DNA from: Patescibacteria group bacterium
Lineage (GTDB): Bacteria; Patescibacteriota; UBA1384; XYA2-FULL-43-10; 1-14-0-10-43-13
Assembly: GCA_041674765.1 (NCBI GenBank)
Contig: JBAYVE010000001.1
Coordinates: 134,177 to 198,176 of the forward strand
Length of the DNA: 64,000 nt
Reading direction: 5' to 3'
The position numbers and the translations under genes are program-made. Positions 39,185 through 50,075 of this stretch are shown here, in pieces. The notes under the pieces were generated by a model. That model saw only the letters and a program-made list of their open reading frames with translations, made no database searches and had not been told where the DNA came from. Numbering within the stretch: the stretch's first letter is position 1; the number at the start of each line of letters is the position of its first letter.

Positions 39185-39991
39185 ATGATCAAAACTATAT
39201 CTACATTCAAACCCGAACTTCACTCTAAACTTTATTGGGCATTTAGCGATAGCTTCACGATGATTCGGCGCAATTTGACGCATATCATCAATAATATGGA
39301 TCAGTTGTTATCCCTTGCTATCCAACCGATAATGTTTATGCTGCTTTTTCGGTATGTCTTTGGCGGAGCCATCAACACCGGAGGCACTTCGTACGTCAAC
39401 TTTCTGGTGGCTGGAATTCTAGTCCAAAGTGCTGCCTTCGGGGCAACGACTACCTCTCTCGGTGTCGCAACGGATCTCACCAAAGGCATAATGGACCGTT
39501 TCCGTTCCCTCCCAATGCTTAGTGCGGCAATGTTGATCGGTCATACCACAGCAGATCTTGTCCGCAATTTAATTTCTAGCGTGATTATGGTAGGCGTTGC
39601 CTTTGCTGTCGGCTTTCGTCCTGAAGCTAGCCCAATGGATTGGTTCGCTGTCGTCGGTATTCTTATGCTCTTTACCTATGCTTTTTCCTGGTTATCGGCA
39701 ATTTTGGGATTGGTTGCCAAGAGTGTGGAAGCGGTACAATGGTTTGGCTTTGTTTTAATCTTTCCTCTGACTTTTGCCTCCAGCGCCTTCGTTCCGACTG
39801 CCGGTATGCCAAAATACTTACGCATCTTTGCGGAAAACCAACCTGTAACTCATGTAATTGAGGCAATCAGAGGTTTGTTAACAGGAAATCCGATCGGTGA
39901 TCACGGCTGGCTAGCTCTTGCCTGGTGTCTGGGCATCTTAGCCGTCTCTATCGCAATAGCCTCAAATCTCTTCCGCAAGATGGGAAGATAG
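39185..39991 (+). CDS. ABC-2 type transporter permease
   Basis: Six TM helices. Immediately follows the ATPase gene. Confidence 0.8.
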   Translation: MIKTISTFKPELHSKLYWAFSDSFTMIRRNLTHIINNMDQLLSLAIQPIMFMLLFRYVFGGAINTGGTSYVNFLVAGILVQSAAFGATTTSLGVATDLTKGIMDRFRSLPMLSAAMLIGHTTADLVRNLISSVIMVGVAFAVGFRPEASPMDWFAVVGILMLFTYAFSWLSAILGLVAKSVEAVQWFGFVLIFPLTFASSAFVPTAGMPKYLRIFAENQPVTHVIEAIRGLLTGNPIGDHGWLALAWCLGILAVSIAIASNLFRKMGR

Positions 39992-40090
39992 GAAATAACC
40001 AGTGTCTATGGCGCATCGAAGGCTGCAGTGAAGCTTCTAACCGAAAGCCTGTACGCAGAATTATCAAACACCAAGATTCCAACCTCATGA
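39992..40090 (+). pseudogene. remnant of a short-chain dehydrogenase/reductase (SDR) gene
   Basis: A 28-codon in-frame stretch VYGASKAAVKLLTESLYAELSNTKIPTS* carries the SDR catalytic YxxxK segment. Nothing of the gene lies upstream of it. Confidence 0.6.
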
Positions 40091-40255
40091 GCTGGCTATA
40101 TAATATAAGCCCTTCTTTTGCGACAAATTTTATCGCCAGAAAGATGAGATCACTTTTGCCGAAAATAACAATAATCCATGTCCTTATGAGTTAGACTCTT
40201 GTCTTCTCTCTCCTTCAATACTATTATTAAAGTAAGCAATTAATATGGGAGATTC

Positions 40256-40861
40256 ATGAAAAAGATTGAAATAGGAAAAGCGATTGGTTACGGCTGGGAA
40301 TCAATCAAGAAGAATTTTTGGTACTTGATTGCCATTACGGTTATTTATTATGCAGTTGCCGGGATATCGGGAGTGGATAGGAACGAGAATTCAGGAGCAT
40401 CATTGTTGAGTATCCTGATTTGGTTACTTTCGATTTATATGATGGGCGGGCTACTTAGAATTCTATTAGATTATTACGACGGTAAAAAGCGTCCGATCTC
40501 CGATCTGTTTACTCAGGTCAAATATTTCTGGAGATTGCTCGGAGCAACACTTCTGGTCTCTCTTATCGTTTTCGTCGGTTTTATTCTGCTGGTTGTTCCT
40601 GGAATTTATTGGGCTTTGAAGTATCAATTTGTGCCTTACCTGATCGTTGACAAAGACATGAACGTGATGGAGGCAATGAAGCAAAGTGGCAATATGACTC
40701 TTGGTGTAAAATGGCAGCTACTCGGATTTGCTTTCGTCTCATTAGGAATAATAATTCTTGGGGCTATCGCACTTGGTGTCGGTATATTTGTTGCAGCTCC
40801 TATAATAATGTTGGCAGAAATCTTCATTTATCGTCATCTTTTGACTCAGTCAAAAGAGTAG
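40256..40861 (+). CDS. hypothetical multi-TM membrane protein
   Basis: Four to five TM helices. No recognisable motif. Confidence 0.45.
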   Translation: MKKIEIGKAIGYGWESIKKNFWYLIAITVIYYAVAGISGVDRNENSGASLLSILIWLLSIYMMGGLLRILLDYYDGKKRPISDLFTQVKYFWRLLGATLLVSLIVFVGFILLVVPGIYWALKYQFVPYLIVDKDMNVMEAMKQSGNMTLGVKWQLLGFAFVSLGIIILGAIALGVGIFVAAPIIMLAEIFIYRHLLTQSKE

Positions 40862-40957
40862 CTCGAGAATTCTTTTGTCTCCACTGCCGGCTCTTTGTGG
40901 GTTATTTTAAGTTGTGCTATATATAATGTAGTGACAATTAATTTAAAGAGGGTAATA

Positions 40958-42124
40958 ATGGACGGCAAAGTGAAGAAAGAGATTTATGGCCTAAGAACAT
41001 GGGTTGAGATAGATACAGAGGCGCTGAGTCATAATTTTCAGGAATTCAAGAAAATAATTAGTAGCAATTGTAAGTTAATGGCTGTCGCAAAGTCCAACGC
41101 CTATGGTCACGGTCTGGTTGATTATTCAAAAACAATGGAAAAATTGGGTGCAGACTGGATTGGCGTTGATTCGATCACCGAAGCTCTCAGACTCCGTCGT
41201 GAAGGTGTAAAGGCACCCATCCTGGTGTTGGGTTTCACCCTCTCGGAGAATTTCGAAGATGCTTTCCAAGGTAATATCTCTATTACTGTTTCCAACTTTG
41301 CCCTACTAGAGAGCATCAAAAAATTTCTTCAGACGATAGAGGGAGCAGATGGCACTCTAGTCTTCAAACTTCATATAAAGATAGATACGGGAATGCATCG
41401 CCAGGGATTTCAACTTGATCAGGTAGATGATCTTATCAAAGAGATCCGGAAGATTCGAGGAATCGAGATTGAGGGGCTCTATACTCATTTTGCCGCTGCT
41501 AAGAACCCAGCTTTCCCGGATGAAACTAATGAGCAAATGAAGAACTTCGAAATAGTCTGCGCCAAATTTAAGCAAGCGGGGATTGATCCTATCAAACATG
41601 CCGCTGCTACTTCGGGTGCTATTGTCTTTCCCAAATCACATTTTGATATGGTTCGAATAGGGATTGGGATGATGGGACTGTGGCCGGCTATCGAAGTTCA
41701 AGTTTCAGCCGATGACAAGATGAAACTAATACCAGCGCTTTCGTGGAAAACAATCGTTGCCGAGGTCAAAGAAATCAAAAAAGGCGAGCGAGTGAGTTAC
41801 AATTTCACCGAAACATTGAGTAGAGACTCGAAAATTGCCATCTTGCCGATTGGCTATTGGCATGGATTTAGACGCAATCTCTCAAGTATCGGTCAAGTTA
41901 TAATAAACGGGAGAAGGGCAAGAGTCTTAGGACGGGTCACAATGGACATGATTGTTGTCGATGTTACCGATATCAAAGGCATAGAGGCTGGCAGCGACGT
42001 GATTTTAATCGGCAGAGATGGCGGAGATGAAATTACCGCTTACGAAATGGCCAAACTCTCCGACACCTCGTGGTACGAAACCATAACATGTCTAAACCCA
42101 CTGATCAAACGTGTCTATCAATAA
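40958..42124 (+). CDS. alr: alanine racemase
   Basis: PLP-lysine motif AVAKSNAYGHG. Start at ATG 40958 with an AAGAGGG Shine-Dalgarno. Confidence 0.9.
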   Translation: MDGKVKKEIYGLRTWVEIDTEALSHNFQEFKKIISSNCKLMAVAKSNAYGHGLVDYSKTMEKLGADWIGVDSITEALRLRREGVKAPILVLGFTLSENFEDAFQGNISITVSNFALLESIKKFLQTIEGADGTLVFKLHIKIDTGMHRQGFQLDQVDDLIKEIRKIRGIEIEGLYTHFAAAKNPAFPDETNEQMKNFEIVCAKFKQAGIDPIKHAAATSGAIVFPKSHFDMVRIGIGMMGLWPAIEVQVSADDKMKLIPALSWKTIVAEVKEIKKGERVSYNFTETLSRDSKIAILPIGYWHGFRRNLSSIGQVIINGRRARVLGRVTMDMIVVDVTDIKGIEAGSDVILIGRDGGDEITAYEMAKLSDTSWYETITCLNPLIKRVYQ

Positions 42125-42184
42125 TACGAAAGACGAAATCCACCTTTGGCGGAAGCGAAAGTTACGAAAAGGGAGGAAATTTGA

Positions 42185-42558
42185 ATGATTTAATTTATCG
42201 AGAACTATGTTATAGGTTGACTGGTTTAGCCTATGAGATTTACTCAACAATTGGCGGAGAACTCCGTGAAAAAGTATATTCAGACGCATTCGAAGAACTA
42301 TTAAAAAGGGAGAATATAACTTATAAACGTGAGGTTTATTATCCGATAAAAATAAATGAGAAGGTCATCGCCAAAAACTATTTTGATTTTCTTGTCGAAG
42401 ATAAGTTGATTGTAGAGCTAAAGAAGGGTAATCTTAATTATCGTTTGGCTTGCGGCCAATTATTTAATTACCTAAAATTAAGTAAGCTAAAATTAGGATT
42501 GATAATTCGTTTTACTAAGGATGGTGCCAGAGCAAAAAGAATCGCCAATTTGTATTAA
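42185..42558 (+). CDS. GxxExxY-family protein (PD-(D/E)XK nuclease fold)
   Basis: Strong GGGAGG Shine-Dalgarno. IGGELREKVY motif and a D...E.K core (FDFLVEDKLIVELKKG). Confidence 0.65.
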
Positions 42559-42590
42559 TTTCGTAACTTTTGTAATCTTTCGTTTTTCGT

Positions 42591-44327
42591 ATGTTAGACC
42601 AGGTGCAAGAAATAAAAGAAAAGATTGATATTGTTGAGACCATCTCATCCTATTTGACGTTGAAAAAAGCGGGCGTAAACTACAAGGCGAATTGTCCGTT
42701 TCATAACGAAAAATCGCCATCTTTTATGGTAAATCCGGAGAGGCAGACATTTAAATGCTTCGGTTGCGGGGAGGGTGGGGATGTCTTTACTTTTGTCGAA
42801 AAGATGGAAGGATTGGATTTCTATAATACCTTAAAACTGTTGGCAGAGAGAGCCGGTGTGGAATTGAAAACCCACTCTATCCGGCATGGTAACAACGAAT
42901 ATAAAGCTGACCAAAAGACCAGAATTTTTGAAATAAATGAATGGGCTAAGAAAGTTTATCACAAAGTATTAGTCGGCCACCCAAATGCCGAGAAGGCCAG
43001 AGAGTATCTGCGGCAGAGAGGCCTGTCTGATAAAACAATTGAAGAATTTGAGATAGGATATGCCCCTTCATCTTGGGATTTTCTCTTAAAATTCCTGAAA
43101 TCAAAAGGTTATACCGAGAAGGAAGCAGTTGAATCGGGTGTAGCTATCAAAGCGGAAACCGGAAAAATATACGACCGTTTTCGGGGCCGGATTACTTTTC
43201 CGATCAGCAATATCATGGGCAACACTGTAGCGTTTACTTCGAGAATTCTAGTGGATGATGGCAAATCGGCCAAATATATCAATTCTGCAGAATCACCGAT
43301 CTACATCAAAGGGAAGACTATTTATGCACTCGACAAGGCCAAGACTTTTATCAAAGAAGAAAAAGTTGCAGTAATGGTCGAAGGCCAAATGGATGTTATC
43401 GCCTGCCATCAAGCGGGCTTTAGGAATGTTATCGCTACCTCAGGCACGGCTCTGACAATCGATCAACTAAAAATTTTGACTCGCTATGCGCCCGATATAG
43501 CTTTTTGTTTTGATATGGATAATGCGGGTCAGACGGCGATGAAGAGGGCGATCAGAATGGCACTCTCAAATGATATTAGCATCAAAATTATTGTTATGCC
43601 CGATGGTTTCAAAGATCCCGACGAAGCGATCAAGGCAGACCAGTCGAACTGGATAAACGCCGTAAAGTCTGCCAAACCCTCTCTACAATATTGGATTGAT
43701 CAGCTTGTGGCCGAAAACTCCGAGATGACGATTGACCAAAAGAAAAAAATTGCCAAAGAAATTTTACCGATAGTGAAAATTATCTCTTCGGAAATTGAGA
43801 AAGAATACTATATCAAATATTTATCTGAACAATTGGGTACAAGTCAGCAGTCACTTATCCAGGCTTTGCAGAGAACGAAAGAAGAAAAAGATTTTATCCC
43901 AAAAAATGACCAACTTTCATCTTCGAAAGAAAAACTATCCGTCTTAGAGAGGATACTCGGCTTAGTCTGGGCAGAGCCAAAATTGCTATCTGCCATTGGC
44001 AGTTCATTGGAAGAAATCAAGGCAGAAAAGGCGGAATATCAGTATTTGTTGGAAATGATAAAGAAAAAAGAGATTAATCGTGAAAAAGTGAAACCGGAAA
44101 TTACAACTTCTTATGATCAGCTGGCGATCACCGCAATCCAAGACCTCGATTCTTCCCAAGAGGATGCTTTACTACACGAGTGCCAATATCTATTGGGTCG
44201 GCTGAGATCGGATCAAAAAGAAAGTCTAAAGGAAAACTTTGCCCAAAAGATTAGGGAGGCAGAGCAAAAAGGAGATAAAGAAACGCTAAAGAAGCTGTTG
44301 GCTGACTTTTCTACATTGATAAAATAA
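42591..44327 (+). CDS. dnaG: DNA primase
   Basis: Zinc ribbon CPFHNEKSPSFMVNPERQTFKCFGCG. TOPRIM motif EGQMDVIA. Confidence 0.95.
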   Translation: MLDQVQEIKEKIDIVETISSYLTLKKAGVNYKANCPFHNEKSPSFMVNPERQTFKCFGCGEGGDVFTFVEKMEGLDFYNTLKLLAERAGVELKTHSIRHGNNEYKADQKTRIFEINEWAKKVYHKVLVGHPNAEKAREYLRQRGLSDKTIEEFEIGYAPSSWDFLLKFLKSKGYTEKEAVESGVAIKAETGKIYDRFRGRITFPISNIMGNTVAFTSRILVDDGKSAKYINSAESPIYIKGKTIYALDKAKTFIKEEKVAVMVEGQMDVIACHQAGFRNVIATSGTALTIDQLKILTRYAPDIAFCFDMDNAGQTAMKRAIRMALSNDISIKIIVMPDGFKDPDEAIKADQSNWINAVKSAKPSLQYWIDQLVAENSEMTIDQKKKIAKEILPIVKIISSEIEKEYYIKYLSEQLGTSQQSLIQALQRTKEEKDFIPKNDQLSSSKEKLSVLERILGLVWAEPKLLSAIGSSLEEIKAEKAEYQYLLEMIKKKEINREKVKPEITTSYDQLAITAIQDLDSSQEDALLHECQYLLGRLRSDQKESLKENFAQKIREAEQKGDKETLKKLLADFSTLIK

Positions 44328-44515
44328 TGGAAAAGTGATAAAATTACCAAGTAAATTCACTTCCGAGTTTTTTAAGTCGAAAGTTTATAAAGTCCATAAA
44401 GTGTTTGCTTTAGAAACTTTATAAACATTATAAACTTTTAACTAATAATATTTAATGGTTTTCTGCGGATTTAGGGTTATTCCAATTCTGCGGATGGCCG
44501 AGAGGTTATGCGAAT

Positions 44516-45637
44516 ATGGCTAAGAAAATTTTTGTGCCGAAGAAAGAAGAAGTCCTCGAATTCTCAGAAGAAGTGAACGAACTCTTGATGAAAGGCCGCA
44601 CTCACGGCTATATTTCAATGCAAGAAATGATCCAAGCCCTCCCTGAAGCGGAGGAAAACGTGCAGGAGCTCGATCAAATTTTTGATTATATGTACCGAAA
44701 AGGCATCGAATTTAAAGAGGAAGCAGAAAAGCCAAAAGGAATTTTAGCCTCTATCATTCAGGGCAAGAAAGAAAAAAGCTTGATTGATGAGTTGGGCCTT
44801 GGCGATATCGCAGATGACTCTGTCCGAATGTATCTTCGTGAGATAGGACGAATTGCTCTTCTTACAAATGAAGAGGAAATCAAACTGGCAAAGAGAGTTG
44901 AAAAAGGCGATATTTGGGCCAAAAAACGCCTTGCTGAGGCCAATTTGAGGCTTGTAGTATCTATCGCCAAAAAATATATCGGCAGAGGCCTGTCACTGCT
45001 TGACCTCATTCAGGAGGGCAATACGGGTTTGATGCGGGCGGTTGATAAATTCGATTATCGGAAGGGTTTTAAATTTTCAACATACGCAACGTGGTGGATC
45101 CGTCAGGCTATTACTCGTGCTATTGCCGATCAGGCTAGGACGATCCGGATTCCTGTCCATATGATTGAAACGATAAACAAATTGATTAGAGTTCAACGCC
45201 AGCTTGTTCAGGATCTTGGTCGTGAGCCTACCCCTGAGGAAATTGCGCAGGAACTGGGCCTTGAGGTTGATAAAGTTGAACATATCATCAAGATTTCTCA
45301 GGAAACAGTTTCGCTCGAGGCTCCAGTTGGTGAGGAAGAAGACTCAAAACTTGGTGACTTCATTGAGGACACCAAACATGTTTCTCCTGAAGAGCAGACT
45401 TCCCAAACATTGTTGAAAGACAAAATCCAAGAGTTTTTAAATGGTCTCCAGCCGAGAGAACAAAAAATTCTCAAAATGCGTTTTGGCCTGGAAGATGGTA
45501 GGACCCACACCCTCGAGGAAGTAGGCCAGGAATTCGGCGTTACCCGAGAAAGAATTAGGCAGATTGAAGCCAAGGCACTTTCTAAGCTGAAGAAGGCAGA
45601 GCGATCTTCTGATTTAGAGGAATATCTTCAGGGATAA
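44516..45637 (+). CDS. rpoD: RNA polymerase sigma factor, sigma70 family
   Basis: Region 2 [14 protein letters not shown], region 4 HTH, and position immediately after dnaG. Confidence 0.95.
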   Translation: MAKKIFVPKKEEVLEFSEEVNELLMKGRTHGYISMQEMIQALPEAEENVQELDQIFDYMYRKGIEFKEEAEKPKGILASIIQGKKEKSLIDELGLGDIADDSVRMYLREIGRIALLTNEEEIKLAKRVEKGDIWAKKRLAEANLRLVVSIAKKYIGRGLSLLDLIQEGNTGLMRAVDKFDYRKGFKFSTYATWWIRQAITRAIADQARTIRIPVHMIETINKLIRVQRQLVQDLGREPTPEEIAQELGLEVDKVEHIIKISQETVSLEAPVGEEEDSKLGDFIEDTKHVSPEEQTSQTLLKDKIQEFLNGLQPREQKILKMRFGLEDGRTHTLEEVGQEFGVTRERIRQIEAKALSKLKKAERSSDLEEYLQG

Positions 45638-45647
45638 AAAGACAATC

Positions 45648-45692
45648 ACTTTAAAAAAATAACCAGCGAACGGCCGGTTATTTTTTTTATTT
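45648..45692. terminator. bidirectional intrinsic terminator between rpoD and the convergent gene
   Basis: A-run, hairpin ataaccagcg...ggccggttat, then a T-run. Confidence 0.55.
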
Positions 45693-45696
45693 ATTT

Positions 45697-45969
45697 TTAT
45701 CTGTAAACTCGCAAAGCTCGCAAGATTACGATCAGAATTATAGCTCCGATCACGCCCCATATGATTCCGGCCAGGCTAAATCCGCCGGCGGCGTAGGCGG
45801 AATCAAAGCCCAGAAGCCCGCCAAATATCCAGCGTCCAAGGATCGAGCCCAAGATTCCGATGATAATATTCCAGAGCAGACTACTTTCGCTCTTCATAAT
45901 CATGCTGGCAATCCAACCGATCAATGCACCGATAATTATCGCGATAATCCAACTCATAATTTCCTTCAT
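45697..45969 (-). CDS. GlsB/YeaQ/YmgE-family small membrane protein
   Basis: 90 aa, Gly-rich TM helices ([10 protein letters not shown]...GILGSILG), typical of the transglycosylase-associated protein family. Confidence 0.7.
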   Translation of the reverse strand: MKEIMSWIIAIIIGALIGWIASMIMKSESSLLWNIIIGILGSILGRWIFGGLLGFDSAYAAGGFSLAGIIWGVIGAIILIVILRALRVYR

Positions 45970-46039
45970 TAATTACACAAAAATTAACAGACGCCTGATA
46001 ATAAGTCATTGTCTGTTGCAACAAAATAGTTTTTCTATG

Positions 46040-46585
46040 CTAATGGATGCGGACGACGGAGAAGCGGAAGAGCTGGACGATCTCTTCGTTTTGAATGCCG
46101 GCCTTGTTTTTGGCGATTCGAACTTGCTCATCTATAGAATCAATTCCTGGCAAATCCGGTAGCAGTACGCCCGATCTGCCGTCACCTGTTCGAACGACGA
46201 CCCCAAATTGTTCCGGGTTTAGCTCTGATGATGAATCAATCGGTTCCAGTTTACTGAGGATATCGACAGAGACATCAAGGTTTTTTAGCTCATCTTTCTC
46301 GATAGGCCAAAAACGGCCATCTTCCGAACAGGCCGATGCTGCATTATGAATTATTTCGAGAGCCAGATTTTCTCTGATGGGAGTTATTGTTCCGATGCAG
46401 CCGCGTAGATCTCCCAAACTTTTTCGATGAATGGAGACAAAACAGCCGGCCTTCGTCTCTAATAATTCTGGATAATTGTCTATCTTTGGCAGCGGTTTAT
46501 TTTCAACGCACGCAGAAATTGTATCATTAGCTAGCCTCAGAACCGAATCCTTAATATTTGACTCATTTTTTTTGTCAAAATTCAT
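46040..46585 (-). CDS. AMMECR1-domain protein
   Basis: GCFVSIHRKSLGDLRGCIGTI signature. Confidence 0.8.
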   Translation of the reverse strand: MNFDKKNESNIKDSVLRLANDTISACVENKPLPKIDNYPELLETKAGCFVSIHRKSLGDLRGCIGTITPIRENLALEIIHNAASACSEDGRFWPIEKDELKNLDVSVDILSKLEPIDSSSELNPEQFGVVVRTGDGRSGVLLPDLPGIDSIDEQVRIAKNKAGIQNEEIVQLFRFSVVRIH

Positions 46586-46622
46586 AACTCAATTTTACTC
46601 TTTTTCCGCTAATGTTAAAAAC

Positions 46623-47003
46623 ATGCAAGGAATAGTTATAAATATCGAAAAAGCAGTCGAAGAAAATGAGAATTTTCGTGAGGTGGTTTTTACTGCCCCT
46701 CATAGTCAGCTTGTGCTGATGAGTTTGGAACCGAAAGAAGATATCGGATTGGAAGTTCACTCAGTCGATCAATTTATCAAGATCGAATCGGGAGAGGGTA
46801 AGGCCATTCTGGACGGCGAGGAAATAGAGATAGAGGGCGGCTTTGCTGTCGTAATTCCTGCGGGAGCGGAACATAATATCATAAATTCAAGCTCGGAAAG
46901 CAAAATGAAACTCTATACGGTTTATTCTCCGGCAGAGCACAAGGACGGAACCGTTCACACTAGCAAGGCTGAAGCAGAGGCTGCTGAGAAAGAGGACGAG
47001 TAA
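46623..47003 (+). CDS. cupin-domain protein
   Basis: Two cupin motifs (HSVDQFIKIESGEG... and IPAGAEHNIIN). Confidence 0.6.
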   Translation: MQGIVINIEKAVEENENFREVVFTAPHSQLVLMSLEPKEDIGLEVHSVDQFIKIESGEGKAILDGEEIEIEGGFAVVIPAGAEHNIINSSSESKMKLYTVYSPAEHKDGTVHTSKAEAEAAEKEDE

Positions 47004-47185
47004 TCTAGTCTTTCTCATATTCGTTAAATCCTATTTTATCGCTGTTAAAAAAAGCGGTAATTTTGGTTTATTTTATTAGATCAATGTCACCCTTCTTGCA
47101 TTATTTCAAGCAATTTGCTAAATTCTGTTCAGGCCCGTAGTAAGCGCGCGATTGCTACTGGTACTCGAGAAGGAGGTAACGCCTT

Positions 47186-47874
47186 TGCACATTCGCGGGC
47201 GACCCTCGACTTTTTTGCTGGCGCTCATGCTGCTTGCGGTCCTTTGGGGACTTGCCGCAGTTCAGGCCGCCACGACTCATTCACCGCCGACAGATTTGAT
47301 CGGCGTGCATCAGGCCAGTCCGACCAATGATGCTTCTTTCGAAGCCAGCGCCGCCTTGACGGACTATGAGGAGCCGGTTGCTGCGTTGGCCCAATTCATC
47401 GGCACTGAAACGGCATCGCCACCGCTCGCTTCGAGCAGCACTATCGCCGTTATAGCCGATCGTCTCATCTGCAGTGGTCCCGGATCGCCGGATCAAGTCA
47501 TCGCCATCAACCAGGCGTTGATTCCCAGCGCAAGGGACTGGATTCAAACGGATGGGTTGGTTACCTTGCCATCCAACCGCGGCTCGCCGGTAATCATCAA
47601 ATACAGCGGCTGGCCGTCTTCACCGTTGGAGGTTGCCCGTAGTGGTAGCCTTTCGCAGGCCACAGTAGTGGCCGGCTTTACTTCTCCTCGAGTGTCGGAG
47701 CAGAGACGTACTTTGCAGACGACCACGCGTTGTAGCGTGATCTCCACGGCATCGTGGTATCCGCAAAAGAGAAAGTTATCTACCAGCGCCCACGGCGATT
47801 CGTCCAATTATTGCCAGTCACCCATGACGATCACAGGCGCGAACACGGCTGTCATTCAGCGAGAACTCTCCTAG
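47186..47874 (+). CDS. hypothetical secreted protein in a GC-rich islet (TTG start)
   Basis: GGAGGT Shine-Dalgarno then TTG. Signal peptide LLALMLLAVLWGLAAVQA. GC around 58% against an AT-rich background. A long GC hairpin plus T-run terminator at 47915-47990. Confidence 0.45.
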
Positions 47875-48055
47875 CGAGTAGCTATGATGGAGAGGCTGAA
47901 AAAGGCCTAATCCGGTGCCCCGGAAACCTCGCGAGATTATCCCCCGTGGATATATCTCGAAACAGGTTTCCGGGCCCTTTTTTATTTTAAGAGACCGATT
48001 TCAGGGTTGCCCAAATACTTCAAAGAGAGTAACCTAAAAACGTTGTAGAAGTTAT

Positions 48056-48535
48056 TTGGAGGACAAAAGAATGGTTGCAAGAAAGAAAAACAAAAAGAAA
48101 AAAACAGGAGTCGACCTATTAAACGAAATTTCAGATAAACTCATCACTTGGGTCGGCACTACCAATTCGATTATTATTCACACGATCATTTTCATTTTTT
48201 CATTTATCTCTCATTGGATTTTCAATATTTCTTTTGATCTCGTGCTACTGATTCTTACTACAGTCGTTTCGCTGGAAGCTATTTATCTTGCCATCTTTAT
48301 CCAGCGATCTGTAAACCAGCAGGCCACCCGTCTGACCGATGTTGAGGAGACCCTCGATGATGTTGAGGAGGCCCTTGATGACGTCGAAGAATCTCTGGAC
48401 GAAGTTGAGGAATCAATCGATGATGTCGAAGAGAGTATTAGCCAGAAGGAAACAAGCGCGAATTCCAATACCGAAAAACGTCTGGAAGAAATAATTAAAG
48501 AGCTAAAAGCACTTCAGACCAATATGAAGAAATAA
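48056..48535 (+). CDS. DUF1003-like membrane protein with an acidic heptad-repeat C-terminus
   Basis: Two TM helices. Five tandem 21-nt repeats (48340-48445) encode DVEETLD/DVEEALD/DVEESLD... Confidence 0.5.
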   Translation: MEDKRMVARKKNKKKKTGVDLLNEISDKLITWVGTTNSIIIHTIIFIFSFISHWIFNISFDLVLLILTTVVSLEAIYLAIFIQRSVNQQATRLTDVEETLDDVEEALDDVEESLDEVEESIDDVEESISQKETSANSNTEKRLEEIIKELKALQTNMKK

Positions 48536-48626
48536 AAAATCCCTACCCACGGGCTCCGTTCATGTATGGGTAGGGAGGGATCAACGGCAAGTCACAGGAC
48601 CTTTGAATCTGAGCTTGCTATTCTGA

Positions 48627-49094
48627 TCAAGCACCCGCTTCGCAAAAGACACAGCGTGCGGGCTCGCCTTTCGCCGGTGCTTCCGGGGCGCGGTTCCATG
48701 TCATGTCGGCCGTTTGGACCCACTTCCCGCAGCGCGGGCATTTGACGATTTCAGTCTCACCAACATCGCGGAAGGTGCCCGTTTTGACGATCGTCCAGAG
48801 GATGGTGCAGACATCTTCGTCGGTGCCAGTCTGTATAACGAATGGTCGGTCTTTTTCGATCAGGGCAGCGACCAGCGGTTTCAGGATGTCCATTTTGGCG
48901 AAAAGAGAAGCTTCCTTGGTTTTTGCGTCGGGATTCTGGTACTTCTCGCCCCTGTCACCGTAGTGGGTAGCTTCGATGTAGCAGCCATCGTACTTGATCT
49001 GGAATAACACCGGTCCGTGTTCTGCAGTGTTCACTGCGAAAAAGGCAATTGCCTGTAGTACTCCATAAATCGATCTGCTAATAACTGTATGCAT
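48627..49094 (-). CDS. hypothetical protein with a C-terminal zinc ribbon, GC-rich
   Basis: CPRCGKW...CVFC motif. GC elevated relative to the window. Confidence 0.4.
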   Translation of the reverse strand: MHTVISRSIYGVLQAIAFFAVNTAEHGPVLFQIKYDGCYIEATHYGDRGEKYQNPDAKTKEASLFAKMDILKPLVAALIEKDRPFVIQTGTDEDVCTILWTIVKTGTFRDVGETEIVKCPRCGKWVQTADMTWNRAPEAPAKGEPARCVFCEAGA

Positions 49095-49380
49095 CTTTCC
49101 CTCCGTTTCTCATATCAGGCTTAGGCCTGTTTGCTGGCGTTATAATATAACATTTATTTCTGTTAGTCAAGGGTAAATTCCGTGATCCTAACCCCATCAA
49201 AGGTATTTATTCTTCGAATGGTACTCTTAAAAATGAGAAGTCTGTCGGTACTAACAAATGATCAAAGTTCTCGTCGTTCCTCCTCGAACAATAAGAAACA
49301 GGGAGATAGTAAGGTATTCGGAATCACGGCAAATTACAAAAAATTTGCAAAAAATCAATTTGCTCTCTAAAATTAGTCTT

Positions 49381-49968
49381 ATGATAAAAGCAATTATTTT
49401 TGATCTAGATGGCGTTTTTGTGACGGGACCCAAGTTTAGCGAGAGATTTATGAGGGATTTTGGCATATCTGCGTCTGAATTTATGCCTGTCTTTGAAGAA
49501 ATTATGTCTTTTGTAAAGAAGCCAGGTTCGGCTGATCTTTACAATTATTGGCAGCCTTATCTGGTAAAATGGAAAGTAAGCTTAAATGAAGAGCAGTTTT
49601 TAAACTATTGGTTTGGTTCTGAGACCATTGTCCCTGGTATGGTGGAGTGCGCAAGAGAATTGAAAGCCAGAGGTATGGAGGTAATTGTCCTCTCGAACAA
49701 TTTCAGGGAAAGATCTGAATATTATCAGAGGACATTTCCTGAACTTTTTTCAAATTTCGATCAGATCTATTTCTCCTGGCAGACAGGATTTCGCAAACCA
49801 GACAAAGGCGCATACCGTTTTGCGCTGACGCAAAACCATTTGAACCCAAGCGAGTGTCTATTCTTCGACGATTCCGAGAGGAATGTGGAAGCAGCGAGTG
49901 AACTTGGTATAAATGCCTTTCTCTATGAAGGTCCGGATCACGTGAAAGGCAAAACTGATGAGTTGTAA
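49381..49968 (+). CDS. HAD-family hydrolase
   Basis: Motif I IIFDLDGVFV. Later motifs VIVLSNN and FFDDSERNVEAA. Confidence 0.75.
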   Translation: MIKAIIFDLDGVFVTGPKFSERFMRDFGISASEFMPVFEEIMSFVKKPGSADLYNYWQPYLVKWKVSLNEEQFLNYWFGSETIVPGMVECARELKARGMEVIVLSNNFRERSEYYQRTFPELFSNFDQIYFSWQTGFRKPDKGAYRFALTQNHLNPSECLFFDDSERNVEAASELGINAFLYEGPDHVKGKTDEL

Positions 49969-50075
49969 AGCATATAGAACGATGGCCGAACAGCTGTATC
50001 TGAATGGATTGGATAATGAATATTATATGAAACTGTAAAAATTAAGTGGTTGGTTTTATAACTTGAAAAATAAAT

